From a virus (lineage: Duplodnaviria; Caudoviricetes), in the IMG/VR virus record IMGVR_UViG_3300032236_000645, positions 1 to 57,188 of that record: DNA of 57,188 nt. One strand, written 5' to 3'. The position numbers were made by a program, and so were the translations under genes. Numbering within the stretch: position 1 is the stretch's first letter; the number at the start of each line of letters is the position of its first letter. Below the pieces are notes generated by a model. The model worked only from the letters and a program-made list of their open reading frames with translations, searched no databases and was not told the origin of the DNA. Below, one piece after another: positions 48,747 through 57,188 of the stretch.

Positions 48747-48928
48747 TGAGAGCTGTGGTATATTTGGCAGTAGAATTGGAATATGATAGTTCAGTTTTGG
48801 AAGGTGAGGTAGACCAATACGCCTATGAATTGATGGGAACATTGGCTAGTAACTTCCCAACACCTCCAGCTGGTGTGACGGTAGAGCAAGTAAGATTTGA
48901 TAGCAATGGTGTTGTGGTTTTTGATTGA
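48746..48928 (+). CDS. Hypothetical protein
   Basis: TAATG coupling. Confidence 0.55.
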   Translation: MRAVVYLAVELEYDSSVLEGEVDQYAYELMGTLASNFPTPPAGVTVEQVRFDSNGVVVFD

Positions 48929-48936
48929 GGTAAAAA

Positions 48937-49113
48937 ATGGCTAAAGGTGATATGGTATACTTGGTGACCAGTTATGGCCGCCATTCTGGTGATGTTGAAA
49001 ACCTTAGGATATATGAGAGTTTGGTTGAGGCTCAATCATTCAAGGATATATTACAAGAGCAGATTGGTATTGATAATTGCATCATTAGTGTTGATAGCTT
49101 TACATTGGAGTAA
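48937..49113 (+). CDS. Hypothetical protein (MAKGDMVY..., 58 aa)
   Basis: GAGG RBS; fills the gap; not in ORF track. Confidence 0.6.
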   Translation: MAKGDMVYLVTSYGRHSGDVENLRIYESLVEAQSFKDILQEQIGIDNCIISVDSFTLE

Positions 49114-49116
49114 TAT

Positions 49117-49320
49117 ATGGAAATGTCCGAATATATCAATGAGCAAAACCTCAAGGCGAAACATGACCTTGAAAAGGATATTGCCTATAAGATGGCCAGT
49201 GTAGTGGCCAATCATATCATTAGCCATTATGTGGATGACAAGTTTTATTCGGATGCTCACAATAGTTGGCCTGCTAGGTTTGAGGAAGCTTATAATAGAA
49301 TGTATGGCGAAAGTGCTTGA
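49117..49320 (+). CDS. Hypothetical protein
   Basis: GGAG RBS. Confidence 0.6.
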   Translation: MEMSEYINEQNLKAKHDLEKDIAYKMASVVANHIISHYVDDKFYSDAHNSWPARFEEAYNRMYGESA

Positions 49321-49372
49321 CTTTTGCCTTGGTTGTGATACAATGGCCACATATTGATACGGAGATTATATT

Positions 49373-49600
49373 ATGTTTATTGATACAAATGTTTTTGATT
49401 ATGGTTTTGAAGGCCGTTGCCCATCTAAGGCACAAGTGACCAAAGTGGCACGAGCTGGTATGCAGTCAGGTGCCACTAACATTGAGATTTGGTGGGGTGA
49501 AAACATGATTGAGATCCAGAAGGCATACAATGGCTCTTGGTTCGGTCGTGGTTGGATCCGTTCAATTAGTGGCCAAGATTTGGCAGAGGAGTTATCCTAG
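49373..49600 (+). CDS. Hypothetical protein
   Basis: Own promoter, GGAG RBS. Confidence 0.65.
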   Translation: MFIDTNVFDYGFEGRCPSKAQVTKVARAGMQSGATNIEIWWGENMIEIQKAYNGSWFGRGWIRSISGQDLAEELS

Positions 49601-49630
49601 GTGGTGTTTATTAGGTTAGTGAGTTAGGAT

Positions 49631-49638
49631 TATAAATA
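49631..49638 (+). promoter_or_regulatory. T4 late promoter TATAAATA
   Basis: Exact consensus 4 nt before the endonuclease ATG. Confidence 0.7.
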
Positions 49639-49642
49639 AGGC

Positions 49643-50356
49643 ATGATATACACAATTTATAAAGCCTATAACACAATCAATGGTAAATCCTATATTGGAT
49701 TTGATTCCTCTTGGCCTAATAGAATGAAAGACCATGGTAATAGATGTATGACTATGGATTCAGCATTCTATTCAGCTATCCGAAAACATGGTTGGATGAA
49801 TTTTGTTTGGACAGTATTATATCAATCAAAAGACAAAGACCATACCAAAAATATCATGGAAGAATACTTTATCCGTGATTACAATAGCCATGTGAATGAT
49901 AACGGATACAATATGACCTATGGTGGTGATGGTGTATCAGGACAAAGTGATGAAACAAAATGGAAACAAGGGTCATCTAATAGAGGCAAGATAAAGGGGC
50001 CAATGAGTGATGAAACCAAACAAAAGATTGGTTTGGCCAATAGTCAAAAGAAAAGAACCGAAGCTGAAAAAGAGCACTTAAGGCAGTTGAATATAGGCAA
50101 AAAACAAAGTGATGAAACTAAACTAAAAAAGAGTTTGGTATTGAAAGGAAGAAAATCCAATCCACAAGCTGTTCGTGCCTTAGTTGAAAAAATCAGCCTT
50201 GACTGGATTGTGACAACACCTAATGGCCAAACCTTAGAGGTTAGGAATTTGGCTAAATTTTGTATTGAAAATGATTTGAATTATAAGAAAATGCAATCAG
50301 TCGGAAATGGGAAATACAAACAACACAAAGGTTATAAAGTTTCAAAAAGTGCTTGA
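49643..50356 (+). mobile_element. Free-standing GIY-YIG (Seg-like) homing endonuclease with NUMOD3-like repeats
   Basis: TIYK..N.INGKSYIG, AIRKHG, GYNMT.GG, repeated SDETK.K. Confidence 0.85.
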
Positions 50357-50407
50357 CTTTTACCACAATTAGTGTATAATGGTTACATAATTTGATTGGA
50401 GATGTAT

Positions 50408-50821
50408 ATGAGTGAAAAATTTGTAATGAAGGCAGGAACATACTACCTTGGCGATTTATGTTACTGTATGCACGCTGAATGGAAAGAGGTCTGTGGCCTA
50501 TTGTTTGCAGGCCGTGATGACCATGGTTGTAATGAAGGTGTATTCAATCTAAAAGACGGCCGTACCTTTGCCATATACAATACGGCCTTTGGTGATGGTG
50601 TGTACCTAGATAATTTTGGTGCTGAGTATATGGTTGACGCTGGTTGCATTGGTTGTATCAAAGTAAGTGACATTGACCTTGATAATCCAGACAATTTCCT
50701 AACAGGCGGACAGATTGTCGGCTTTGATAATGATTTTAATGTTGATACGGACGGTGCCTTGTTGACCTTTGGCCATATCCGTATTGACACCGACCCTTAT
50801 TATGAGGATGATGAGGAATAA
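50408..50821 (+). CDS. Hypothetical protein
   Basis: YYLGD.CY, TAFGDG.Y, VDAG.IG. Confidence 0.7.
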   Translation: MSEKFVMKAGTYYLGDLCYCMHAEWKEVCGLLFAGRDDHGCNEGVFNLKDGRTFAIYNTAFGDGVYLDNFGAEYMVDAGCIGCIKVSDIDLDNPDNFLTGGQIVGFDNDFNVDTDGALLTFGHIRIDTDPYYEDDEE

Positions 50822-51051
50822 TGTTTGAATTATACATTACAAGGTTTTTGCAATTAGTCACGTTAGGCCTGCTTGGTGTATGTTGGTATAAGGCATATGA
50901 TGCCTTTACATTACACCAGTATGGTTTGACTGGCACATACCTATGCCTTTCATTCAGCTGTTTCATGCTATTGCTTATGAGCCGTATCATTGTTGAAATG
51001 GAAAAACAAATGATTGAGATTAGGGAAAAAAATGGCACTTCAAGTTATTAA
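50821..51051 (+). CDS. Small membrane protein
   Basis: Two TMs. Confidence 0.55.
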   Translation: MFELYITRFLQLVTLGLLGVCWYKAYDAFTLHQYGLTGTYLCLSFSCFMLLLMSRIIVEMEKQMIEIREKNGTSSY

Positions 51052-51241
51052 AGAGATTACAGAATGGAAGGTTGACTATCGGCAACCTAACCATGTGTAC
51101 CTGATGGATGGTGACAAGGTTGTGGCCTATCAAAAATGGGGTGAGGGTGAACCAATCTATTTTGATACCAAACGTAAACTTGACAAGCGATACCGTAAAT
51201 TTGAACCTGTGAAAGTATCACCATTTAAGGAACTACAATGA
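51032..51241 (+). CDS. Hypothetical protein
   Basis: EIT.W....PNH.Y...RKF. Confidence 0.6.
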   Translation: MALQVIKEITEWKVDYRQPNHVYLMDGDKVVAYQKWGEGEPIYFDTKRKLDKRYRKFEPVKVSPFKELQ

Positions 51242-51408
51242 CATATAAAGACCTATTGCTACGCCTGAGTGCCATGAGCAACGAGGAACTAGAGATGACA
51301 GCAACGGTATGGGTATCAGATACGGACGAGTTTTGGAGTGTCCGTTATGTGTTGGAAAATCCAGAGGCTGATGTGCTTGATTTAGGCCATCCATATATGG
51401 CCATTTAG
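51238..51408 (+). CDS. Hypothetical protein (MTYKDLL..., 56 aa)
   Basis: ATGA overlap, AAGGA RBS. Confidence 0.6.
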   Translation: MTYKDLLLRLSAMSNEELEMTATVWVSDTDEFWSVRYVLENPEADVLDLGHPYMAI

Positions 51409-51466
51409 TGCTTGACTTTTGCCACCATTGTGATATAATGGTTACTTAATTGATACGGAGATTATT

Positions 51467-51715
51467 ATGAAAATTGAACAAACAGGCAAACGAGTATTCC
51501 AACCAATCACCATTACAATACAGACTGAGAGAGAGGCTGAGATTGTAATGGCTATCATGTCACGCATTGGTGGTGATATGTATGAGTCCCCACGTTATAT
51601 CGCTGATGTGATATACAATGAGTTATTAAAATTTGGTATTGATTATCGGAATGATAAATTCAAAGAAAAATTCCCAGCACGTGGTTCAGTCCAGTTTGAG
51701 AATTTTCAATACTAG
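51467..51715 (+). CDS. Hypothetical protein
   Basis: Own promoter and RBS. Confidence 0.65.
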   Translation: MKIEQTGKRVFQPITITIQTEREAEIVMAIMSRIGGDMYESPRYIADVIYNELLKFGIDYRNDKFKEKFPARGSVQFENFQY

Positions 51716-51775
51716 TGCTTGACTTTTACCATGGTTCATGTATAATGGCCACATACTAACACAGGAGATAATGAT

Positions 51776-52330
51776 ATGCCAAATTGGTGCTCAAACGGTT
51801 TAACCCTTTCACATGATGACCCAGCGATGATTACAAAAGCTGCTGAGGCTCTCAAAGCAGGCAATTTCCTTGATACATTTATTCCAATTCCTGCTGAGTT
51901 GAAAGAGACCACATCACCAGCTAAAGAGGGTTCACCAAGTGTGGAGTTTAATGGTACACAATATAGTGACTGGTATTCATTCTGTGTAAATGAATGGGGC
52001 ACCAAGTGGGATATTGAGTCCTACAATGATCCAGAAATATCGGAGAGTGGTCTTTCATTAGATGCCTCCTTTGATACGGCATGGTCACCACCTATCGAAG
52101 CGTACCGTAAGTTGGACGAGATGGGGTTTACAGTCAAGGCCGTATACTATGAGCCTGGCATGGGTTTCTGTGGTGATTATTCCACTGATGGTGATGAGCA
52201 ATTCTATGATTACAGTGGCCTAAGTGCTGATGAAGCAGAGGCAGAGATTCCTGAATACATTAACGAGTATTTTAACATCACAGAGTTTATGCGTGAATGG
52301 GAAGAGGAACAGATTGGAGATGATGAATAA
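51776..52330 (+). CDS. DUF1281/YubB-like protein
   Basis: MPNWCSN, DWY...WGTKWD, FDTAWSPP, EPG..FCG. Confidence 0.8.
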   Translation: MPNWCSNGLTLSHDDPAMITKAAEALKAGNFLDTFIPIPAELKETTSPAKEGSPSVEFNGTQYSDWYSFCVNEWGTKWDIESYNDPEISESGLSLDASFDTAWSPPIEAYRKLDEMGFTVKAVYYEPGMGFCGDYSTDGDEQFYDYSGLSADEAEAEIPEYINEYFNITEFMREWEEEQIGDDE

Positions 52331-52482
52331 TGGGTTTCTTTACGGCTCTTGGCTTAATCTTTATAACCCTTAAATTGATGGGGTTTATTACATGGTCATG
52401 GTGGTTGGTTCTATTGCCGCTCTATGCTGATATTCTAATTTTATTGACTATTGTTATTGGTGCCATTGTTTCGCTGGTATAA
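52330..52482 (+). CDS. Small membrane protein
   Basis: FITLKL.G.I.WSWW.V..PL. Confidence 0.65.
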   Translation: MGFFTALGLIFITLKLMGFITWSWWLVLLPLYADILILLTIVIGAIVSLV

Positions 52483-52547
52483 AATAATGCTTGACTTTTG
52501 CCATGGTTGGTGTATAATGGACACATACTGAATAAGGAGACAAAAAG

Positions 52548-52739
52548 ATGGATATCAAAACAGCGTGTGACTATGTATCAAAATTGGCAAATAAGCATGA
52601 TACAGGCATCCTTGAAGTGTTGATTGATTATAAGAATGGTATTGACGAGTCTGGTTTTAACCATGACTTGACTATTGATGAAAATTTGGCTTGCCGTGTG
52701 TTTATGGCAGCTGGTGCTCAAATGTTTGCGGAGGTGTAA
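52548..52739 (+). CDS. Hypothetical protein
   Basis: Own promoter, AAGGAG RBS. Confidence 0.65.
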   Translation: MDIKTACDYVSKLANKHDTGILEVLIDYKNGIDESGFNHDLTIDENLACRVFMAAGAQMFAEV

Positions 52740-52740
52740 T

Positions 52741-53430
52741 ATGGGAACACGTAGCTTAACTTATGTGTATGATAGTTATAAAAATGAACAAGGCAATAAG
52801 GTAAACGTACCGATTGTATGCCTATACCGCCAATATGATGGTTATGTTGATGGCCATGGTGCTGAATTAGCTGATTTTCTTGCCAATGGTAAAATTGTCA
52901 ATGGTATTGGTATTGATGAGGCTGAAGGTGTATGGAATGGCATGGGGTGCCTTGCGGCTAGTCTAGTTGCTTACTTCAAAAAAGAGCCAGGTAACTTCTA
53001 CCTTCATGCACCAATCCTTAATCGTGATGACTGGCAAGAGTTTGAGTACCATGTATTTGCTGACAAGGTGATTGTGTATGCTATTGGTTCAAACAATGAT
53101 AATGTATTGTTTGAAGGCGACTATCGAGCCTTTGCTAAGTTCTGTTGGGGCTCAAATGATAATGTAGATGGTTCAAAGAGCATTGAGGTAGATGACCAAG
53201 ATGCTGTTAAGGAAGCACTACAAGCAGGTGAAGTGGTGGTGACTTTTGTTAAGAAAGATGGTAACAACCGTGTAATGCGTGGCACTACACATCCAGGTAT
53301 CATTCCTGAGCAGTTCACACCTAAAGGTACACGAGCTCATTCAGGTGATGTTCAACCAATTTTTGACCTAGACGAACAACACTGGAAGTCTTTCCGTTGG
53401 GATAGTCTAGTATCAGTAAAGGCGGCATAA
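52741..53430 (+). CDS. Two-domain protein with C-terminal WYL_2/SH3-like domain
   Basis: MGTRS...YDGY..GHG N-domain; VTF.KKDG..R.M..T...FD.....WKSFR. Confidence 0.7.
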   Translation: MGTRSLTYVYDSYKNEQGNKVNVPIVCLYRQYDGYVDGHGAELADFLANGKIVNGIGIDEAEGVWNGMGCLAASLVAYFKKEPGNFYLHAPILNRDDWQEFEYHVFADKVIVYAIGSNNDNVLFEGDYRAFAKFCWGSNDNVDGSKSIEVDDQDAVKEALQAGEVVVTFVKKDGNNRVMRGTTHPGIIPEQFTPKGTRAHSGDVQPIFDLDEQHWKSFRWDSLVSVKAA

Positions 53431-53588
53431 TGTGGTACTTTATTAGATTTATTCTGTTATGGTGTGCCATGCTAACTGTATTGGCACACTATAATGTACC
53501 ACCTATTGGTATGTGGATTGCTTACATAATCTATATCCTACATGGTTGGAATGAAATTTTCGATTGTTATAGAAAGTGGTTAAAATAA
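53430..53588 (+). CDS. Small membrane protein
   Basis: TAATG-coupled at both ends. Confidence 0.5.
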   Translation: MWYFIRFILLWCAMLTVLAHYNVPPIGMWIAYIIYILHGWNEIFDCYRKWLK

Positions 53589-54166
53589 TGGGATATCAAT
53601 ACGCTATTGACACTACACAACCACACCTTGGTGGTAACTTGGTTGAAGGTGATTATAACACCTTCTCACCGAGTGTGTGGGATTATGTGACTGACAGGTT
53701 TGCTCTTAAGAGCGTCCTTGATTTGGGTTGCGGTCTAGGTTACTCTAGCCATTACTTTCATAAAAAAGGATTGAATGTTGTTGCGGTTGATGGTATGTTG
53801 GAAAATGTAACCAATTCGGTATATCCATCATTGTTGGTTGACCTGACAAAGGATAAGATTACAACCAAAGTGGATTTGGTGTATTGTGTTGAAGTTGTTG
53901 AGCACATTGAGGAACAATACCTTGACAACCTATTAGCATCCCTTGCTTGTGGTAAGTTCATACTAATGACTAATGCTTTGCCAGGTCAAGGCGGTCACCA
54001 TCATGTGAATGAGCAACACACCGACTATTGGATTGAGCATCTTAAACGATATAATTGTGAATACTTGCCTGGCGACTCGGATAAGATTAAGAAGTTGGCA
54101 GACATTGATGGTGCTTGGTGGATTAGACAGACCGGCTCTATATTTGTGAACAGAAACTTTGATTAA
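53588..54166 (+). CDS. Class I SAM-dependent methyltransferase
   Basis: VLDLGCGLG, EVVEHI, PGQGG.HH.NE. Confidence 0.85.
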   Translation: MGYQYAIDTTQPHLGGNLVEGDYNTFSPSVWDYVTDRFALKSVLDLGCGLGYSSHYFHKKGLNVVAVDGMLENVTNSVYPSLLVDLTKDKITTKVDLVYCVEVVEHIEEQYLDNLLASLACGKFILMTNALPGQGGHHHVNEQHTDYWIEHLKRYNCEYLPGDSDKIKKLADIDGAWWIRQTGSIFVNRNFD

Positions 54167-54175
54167 AGGATTTAT

Positions 54176-54340
54176 ATGAGTTATATGAAAAATCTATACG
54201 AGGATATTTGGGAGATGCACTGCTCTGACCCAATGATGGATAACTTAAGGATCGCTGAGATGCTTGATTGTCCACTTGATTGGGTTGAGAGTGCATTGAA
54301 AGACCACTACGATAATTTAGCCGAACGGAACGGTCACTAA
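54176..54340 (+). CDS. Small HTH-like protein
   Basis: AAGGA RBS; IAEML..P..WV. Confidence 0.5.
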   Translation: MSYMKNLYEDIWEMHCSDPMMDNLRIAEMLDCPLDWVESALKDHYDNLAERNGH

Positions 54341-54544
54341 ATGGAAAACATTGAGTTGAGGTGGGTTGAGAGACCATTTATTATACCGAACGGCCAATTT
54401 GGTGCCGGTATGACTGATACAATCAAAGTATTACAATACCGTAAGTATTATGATAGTAGTGCCTATGCGGGTCTTTATGATGTGCATTTCCCTAATAGCT
54501 TACAATGGTCGGAATGGACTGATGTACCTACAACAATAGAATAA
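54341..54544 (+). CDS. Hypothetical protein
   Basis: LQYR...WSEW.DVP. Confidence 0.6.
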   Translation: MENIELRWVERPFIIPNGQFGAGMTDTIKVLQYRKYYDSSAYAGLYDVHFPNSLQWSEWTDVPTTIE

Positions 54545-54556
54545 TAAGGATAATAT

Positions 54557-54793
54557 ATGACTGAACCATTAGTATTCATTGGGAAACCTAATGTAAACAA
54601 TATGTTGCATGCAAAAGAGTTTGATACTCCCAAGAAAGCCGTTGACTATATCAACAGCCTATTGCCTGATGACTACCCCACAATACCATTGGAAGATGCC
54701 TTCTTGATTGGTAAAGTGTATGAAAAGTCTGGCAATACAGATTGGTTAGCAAAAAAGAAACCCGTTGGTAGACCTAAGAAAGTGAGAAAATAA
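54557..54793 (+). CDS. Hypothetical protein with AT-hook-like tail
   Basis: KKPVGRPKK. Confidence 0.6.
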   Translation: MTEPLVFIGKPNVNNMLHAKEFDTPKKAVDYINSLLPDDYPTIPLEDAFLIGKVYEKSGNTDWLAKKKPVGRPKKVRK

Positions 54794-54942
54794 TGTTTAA
54801 TAATGTATATTTTAGAGTGTTTGTTGGTATTGTTAGTATTGGCCTATTGGCTAGTTCTTTCTATTGGGGTGTATACAAACATGACTATGCTCAAGCGTGT
54901 TATGATATCCTATTGGTCATGTTGATGGACAAAGGTGACTGA
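54793..54942 (+). CDS. Small membrane protein
   Basis: Coupled at both ends, TM. Confidence 0.45.
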   Translation: MFNNVYFRVFVGIVSIGLLASSFYWGVYKHDYAQACYDILLVMLMDKGD

Positions 54943-55334
54943 TGCCTTGGTATGCAGTATTAAAAATGTTACCCGCTGGTTACGATAATAGAGTCCAGCA
55001 GGTTTGGTATCTTGATAAGACATACAGAGTGTCCTCACATAATCAAGAGACCACGGCAGTCCACACACCTCACCTTGAAACTAAAGTGTGGTACTTAAAC
55101 AAAAACATGGCAAGGCGCCTGTTTGATAAGCCTTACTATGTGTTTGAGCAAGATGATGTTGCCCAAGAGGATGAATTCGTGATGCAACCGTACCATAAAC
55201 AGGCCATTGCTGCTTATAAGCAATACAAGCAGGAAGAATTGGATCAAAGGTTGAAATATAACCAAGAAATTGGCGACATCAAACGAGAAGTTGAGAAACT
55301 TCGTAGCGGTGGTTGGTCATACGATAATATCTAA
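54942..55334 (+). CDS. Hypothetical protein
   Basis: TGATG coupling. Confidence 0.6.
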   Translation: MPWYAVLKMLPAGYDNRVQQVWYLDKTYRVSSHNQETTAVHTPHLETKVWYLNKNMARRLFDKPYYVFEQDDVAQEDEFVMQPYHKQAIAAYKQYKQEELDQRLKYNQEIGDIKREVEKLRSGGWSYDNI

Positions 55335-55374
55335 ATGGCTCTTGACAAGAGTGCCAATTAGTGTATAATCCACT

Positions 55375-55480
55375 ATGCTTCCCAATGATATGAATACCTA
55401 GGGGCTCCAAAGCCCCAATACCCCTATTGGTTTAGATATATCACCAAAACTAAACTCATGGTTTAGTTCCAATCACAATA
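55375..55480 (+). ncRNA. Candidate structured small RNA
   Basis: Own promoter, only an 8-codon ORF, several hairpins, ends at the next promoter. Confidence 0.4.
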
Positions 55481-55543
55481 ATAAACTGCTTGACTTTTGC
55501 CATTATTCGTGTATAATGGTTACATAATTTGAAAGGACATAGT

Positions 55544-55996
55544 ATGGCGGATCCAGTAACACCAAGCACATTAGATAAGATGATTACATTGGCTGTCAAG
55601 GCTCACAGAGGACAAGTGGACAAAGGCGGGATGCCATATATTCTACACCCATTGGCCGTGATGGGCATGATTAGTTCTACTGATGACATTGAATTGCTTT
55701 GTATTGCAGTAGGCCATGACCTATTAGAGGACACAGAAGTTACCGAGAAAACTCTCGGTGAATGGGGTTTCACTGACCGTGTGATTGATGGTATTATAGC
55801 ACTGACAAAGATGGATGGTGAACCTTACGAGTTATACAAATACAGAGTGAAGGCAAACCCCGATGCTGTTAGAGTTAAGATATGTGACCTATCACACAAC
55901 ATGGACTTATCACGATTAGGTCGTAAGCCTACTGATGCTGAAGTTGAACGATATGAGCGATATGCAAAATTTAAGTTGGAGTTGTTAGAATTATGA
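55544..55996 (+). CDS. HD-domain (p)ppGpp hydrolase-like protein (SpoT HD/Mesh1-type)
   Basis: H.GQ.DK.G.PYI.HP..V, HDLLEDT, VK..D..HN. Confidence 0.85.
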   Translation: MADPVTPSTLDKMITLAVKAHRGQVDKGGMPYILHPLAVMGMISSTDDIELLCIAVGHDLLEDTEVTEKTLGEWGFTDRVIDGIIALTKMDGEPYELYKYRVKANPDAVRVKICDLSHNMDLSRLGRKPTDAEVERYERYAKFKLELLEL

Positions 55997-56415
55997 TAAA
56001 AAGAAACCAATTAGGAGTGTTGTTTAATTCATTCCAAGGGAAATACAAGAAAGTATTATGTGTATGCTCGGCTGGGTGCCTACGAAGTCCAACAGCGGCA
56101 CATATACTATCGAGTCCACCTTGGAACTTTAACACTAGGGCAGTTGGATTGTCTAAAGAGTATGCTATTGTGCCTATTACAGATGCCTTAATTGCATGGG
56201 CTGATATTATTATTGTAATGGATAGTGATATGGTTAAACAGGTCAATGATATGCAAGTTGCATTGGCAAGTAACTACGACAGTACCTTTGAGATGGATTA
56301 TAAGCAAGTATTTAACCTTGAGATTGAGGATGATTATGACTATAGGCATCCAGACTTGGTTAAGATTATGACTGCTAAATTTACAGAGATGTTTGGAGAT
56401 GGAAATGAAGCGTAG
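55993..56415 (+). CDS. LMW protein-tyrosine-phosphatase-like protein
   Basis: VCSAGCLRSPTA (CX5R), WAD.I..M, I.DDY.Y..P.L. Confidence 0.8.
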   Translation: MIKRNQLGVLFNSFQGKYKKVLCVCSAGCLRSPTAAHILSSPPWNFNTRAVGLSKEYAIVPITDALIAWADIIIVMDSDMVKQVNDMQVALASNYDSTFEMDYKQVFNLEIEDDYDYRHPDLVKIMTAKFTEMFGDGNEA

Positions 56416-56578
56416 CGAGTTGTTACAGGTGTTGGAGTTTTATGCTAACCAGAAAAATTGGCAATCACCTTCAACCGGTTTTGCGGCACAATATGATCCA
56501 GAGCCATCACCTATTGATAAAGACAAGGGATTGATGGCACGTTTGGCTATTAAAAGTTTGGAAGACGGTGAAGTATGA
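56393..56578 (+). CDS. Hypothetical protein
   Basis: LEFYA...NW...D.G..AR; start uncertain. Confidence 0.55.
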   Translation: MEMEMKRSELLQVLEFYANQKNWQSPSTGFAAQYDPEPSPIDKDKGLMARLAIKSLEDGEV

Positions 56579-56808
56579 GCATTATCATTCACAATATATC
56601 AGGCGATGACTTTGATGTCACTGGTCTAAACAAGTACCAAGTCCGTATCAATCAAAAGGTTATTGCTGAGTTTGAGCATACACGCTCAGATGGTTTGGCA
56701 GAGTGCCTACGAAAGGCCGCTATTGCTGTTGAACAACCAGACCGACTTGAGAATACAAACGATAAGGAATTGTTAGAATTTATCATAAAAACAGCTCATG
56801 CTTTTTGA
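56575..56808 (+). CDS. Hypothetical protein
   Basis: Y.VRIN...I..FEH.R.DGLA.CL. Confidence 0.6.
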   Translation: MSIIIHNISGDDFDVTGLNKYQVRINQKVIAEFEHTRSDGLAECLRKAAIAVEQPDRLENTNDKELLEFIIKTAHAF

Positions 56809-56871
56809 AAATAATGCTTGACTTTTGCCACTATTAGTGTATAATGGTCACATAGTTGATTAGGAGATAGT

Positions 56872-56994
56872 ATGAAACAAACAAAATTTCAAGTAGGCAA
56901 TATGGTATGTAATGGTTTCAATGAGGCAGTATCATATGCCAATTTTATGTATCAAATTAGTGGTATCATTCTAGGCATCGTGGAGATTAAATAA
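56872..56994 (+). CDS. Small hypothetical protein (40 aa)
   Basis: Own promoter, AGGAG RBS. Confidence 0.55.
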   Translation: MKQTKFQVGNMVCNGFNEAVSYANFMYQISGIILGIVEIK

Positions 56995-57164
56995 TGTTTG
57001 TATTACGCAAAGTTGGTGAGTATTACCGTGTATACTATGGCCAAGTTCGTATGAATGGTGCCGTTGTTAAGATGGATGAAGTTGAGGACTTCGAAGGCAC
57101 ATTGGCGGAATGTGAGAAATACATTGAAGAGCAATGTGCCGGTGATAATGTGGATCCAGCATAA
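56994..57164 (+). CDS. Small hypothetical protein (56 aa)
   Basis: TAATG coupling, GGAG RBS. Confidence 0.55.
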   Translation: MFVLRKVGEYYRVYYGQVRMNGAVVKMDEVEDFEGTLAECEKYIEEQCAGDNVDPA

Positions 57165-57188
57165 TGGATCAATTATCTTATTTGGTTG

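Larger units (their letters stand above)
45322..56845 (+). promoter_or_regulatory. Fourteen rightward early promoters
   Basis: -35 TTGAC(T/A) starting at 45322, 45792, 45899, 46035, 46711, 47781, 49317, 50353, 51412, 51719, 52491, 55342, 55490, 56818; all but the first have a 16-bp spacer to TAnnAT. Confidence 0.85.

Noticed and set aside
48974-49204. ORF-track 76-aa ORF
   Set aside because: ORFs 48937-49113 and 49117-49320 have RBSs and tile the region better

Overview
AT-rich fragment of a large T4-like (myovirus) phage genome. Spanins, sigma70 promoters and IHF-consensus sites point to a Gram-negative, probably proteobacterial, host (inference). In order: (1) a tRNA(CAT); (2) a seven-gene minus-strand operon behind a T4-type late promoter, with two paralogous small membrane proteins, CsgF, CsgG, a curlin-repeat protein, a FecR protein and a CHASE2 class III adenylate cyclase; (3) replication core (gp43, thioredoxin, UvsX, gp40-like, gp41); (4) a DUF4338/DruA-like gene and a sugar-modification cluster; (5) late genes with T4 capsid-targeting-like N-termini, including an RNA-ligase-like protein, a HAD phosphatase and a nucleotidyltransferase-kinase fusion; (6) a GH19 endolysin/spanin/holin cassette; (7) primase, ThyX, MazG-like, nrdAB, GIY-YIG, RNase H and a vWA-peptidase; (8) a divergently transcribed early region of small genes behind about 19 near-identical promoters, with a dense array of IHF-consensus sites and palindromes at its centre. 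All product calls come from motif recognition by eye; no database searches were run.
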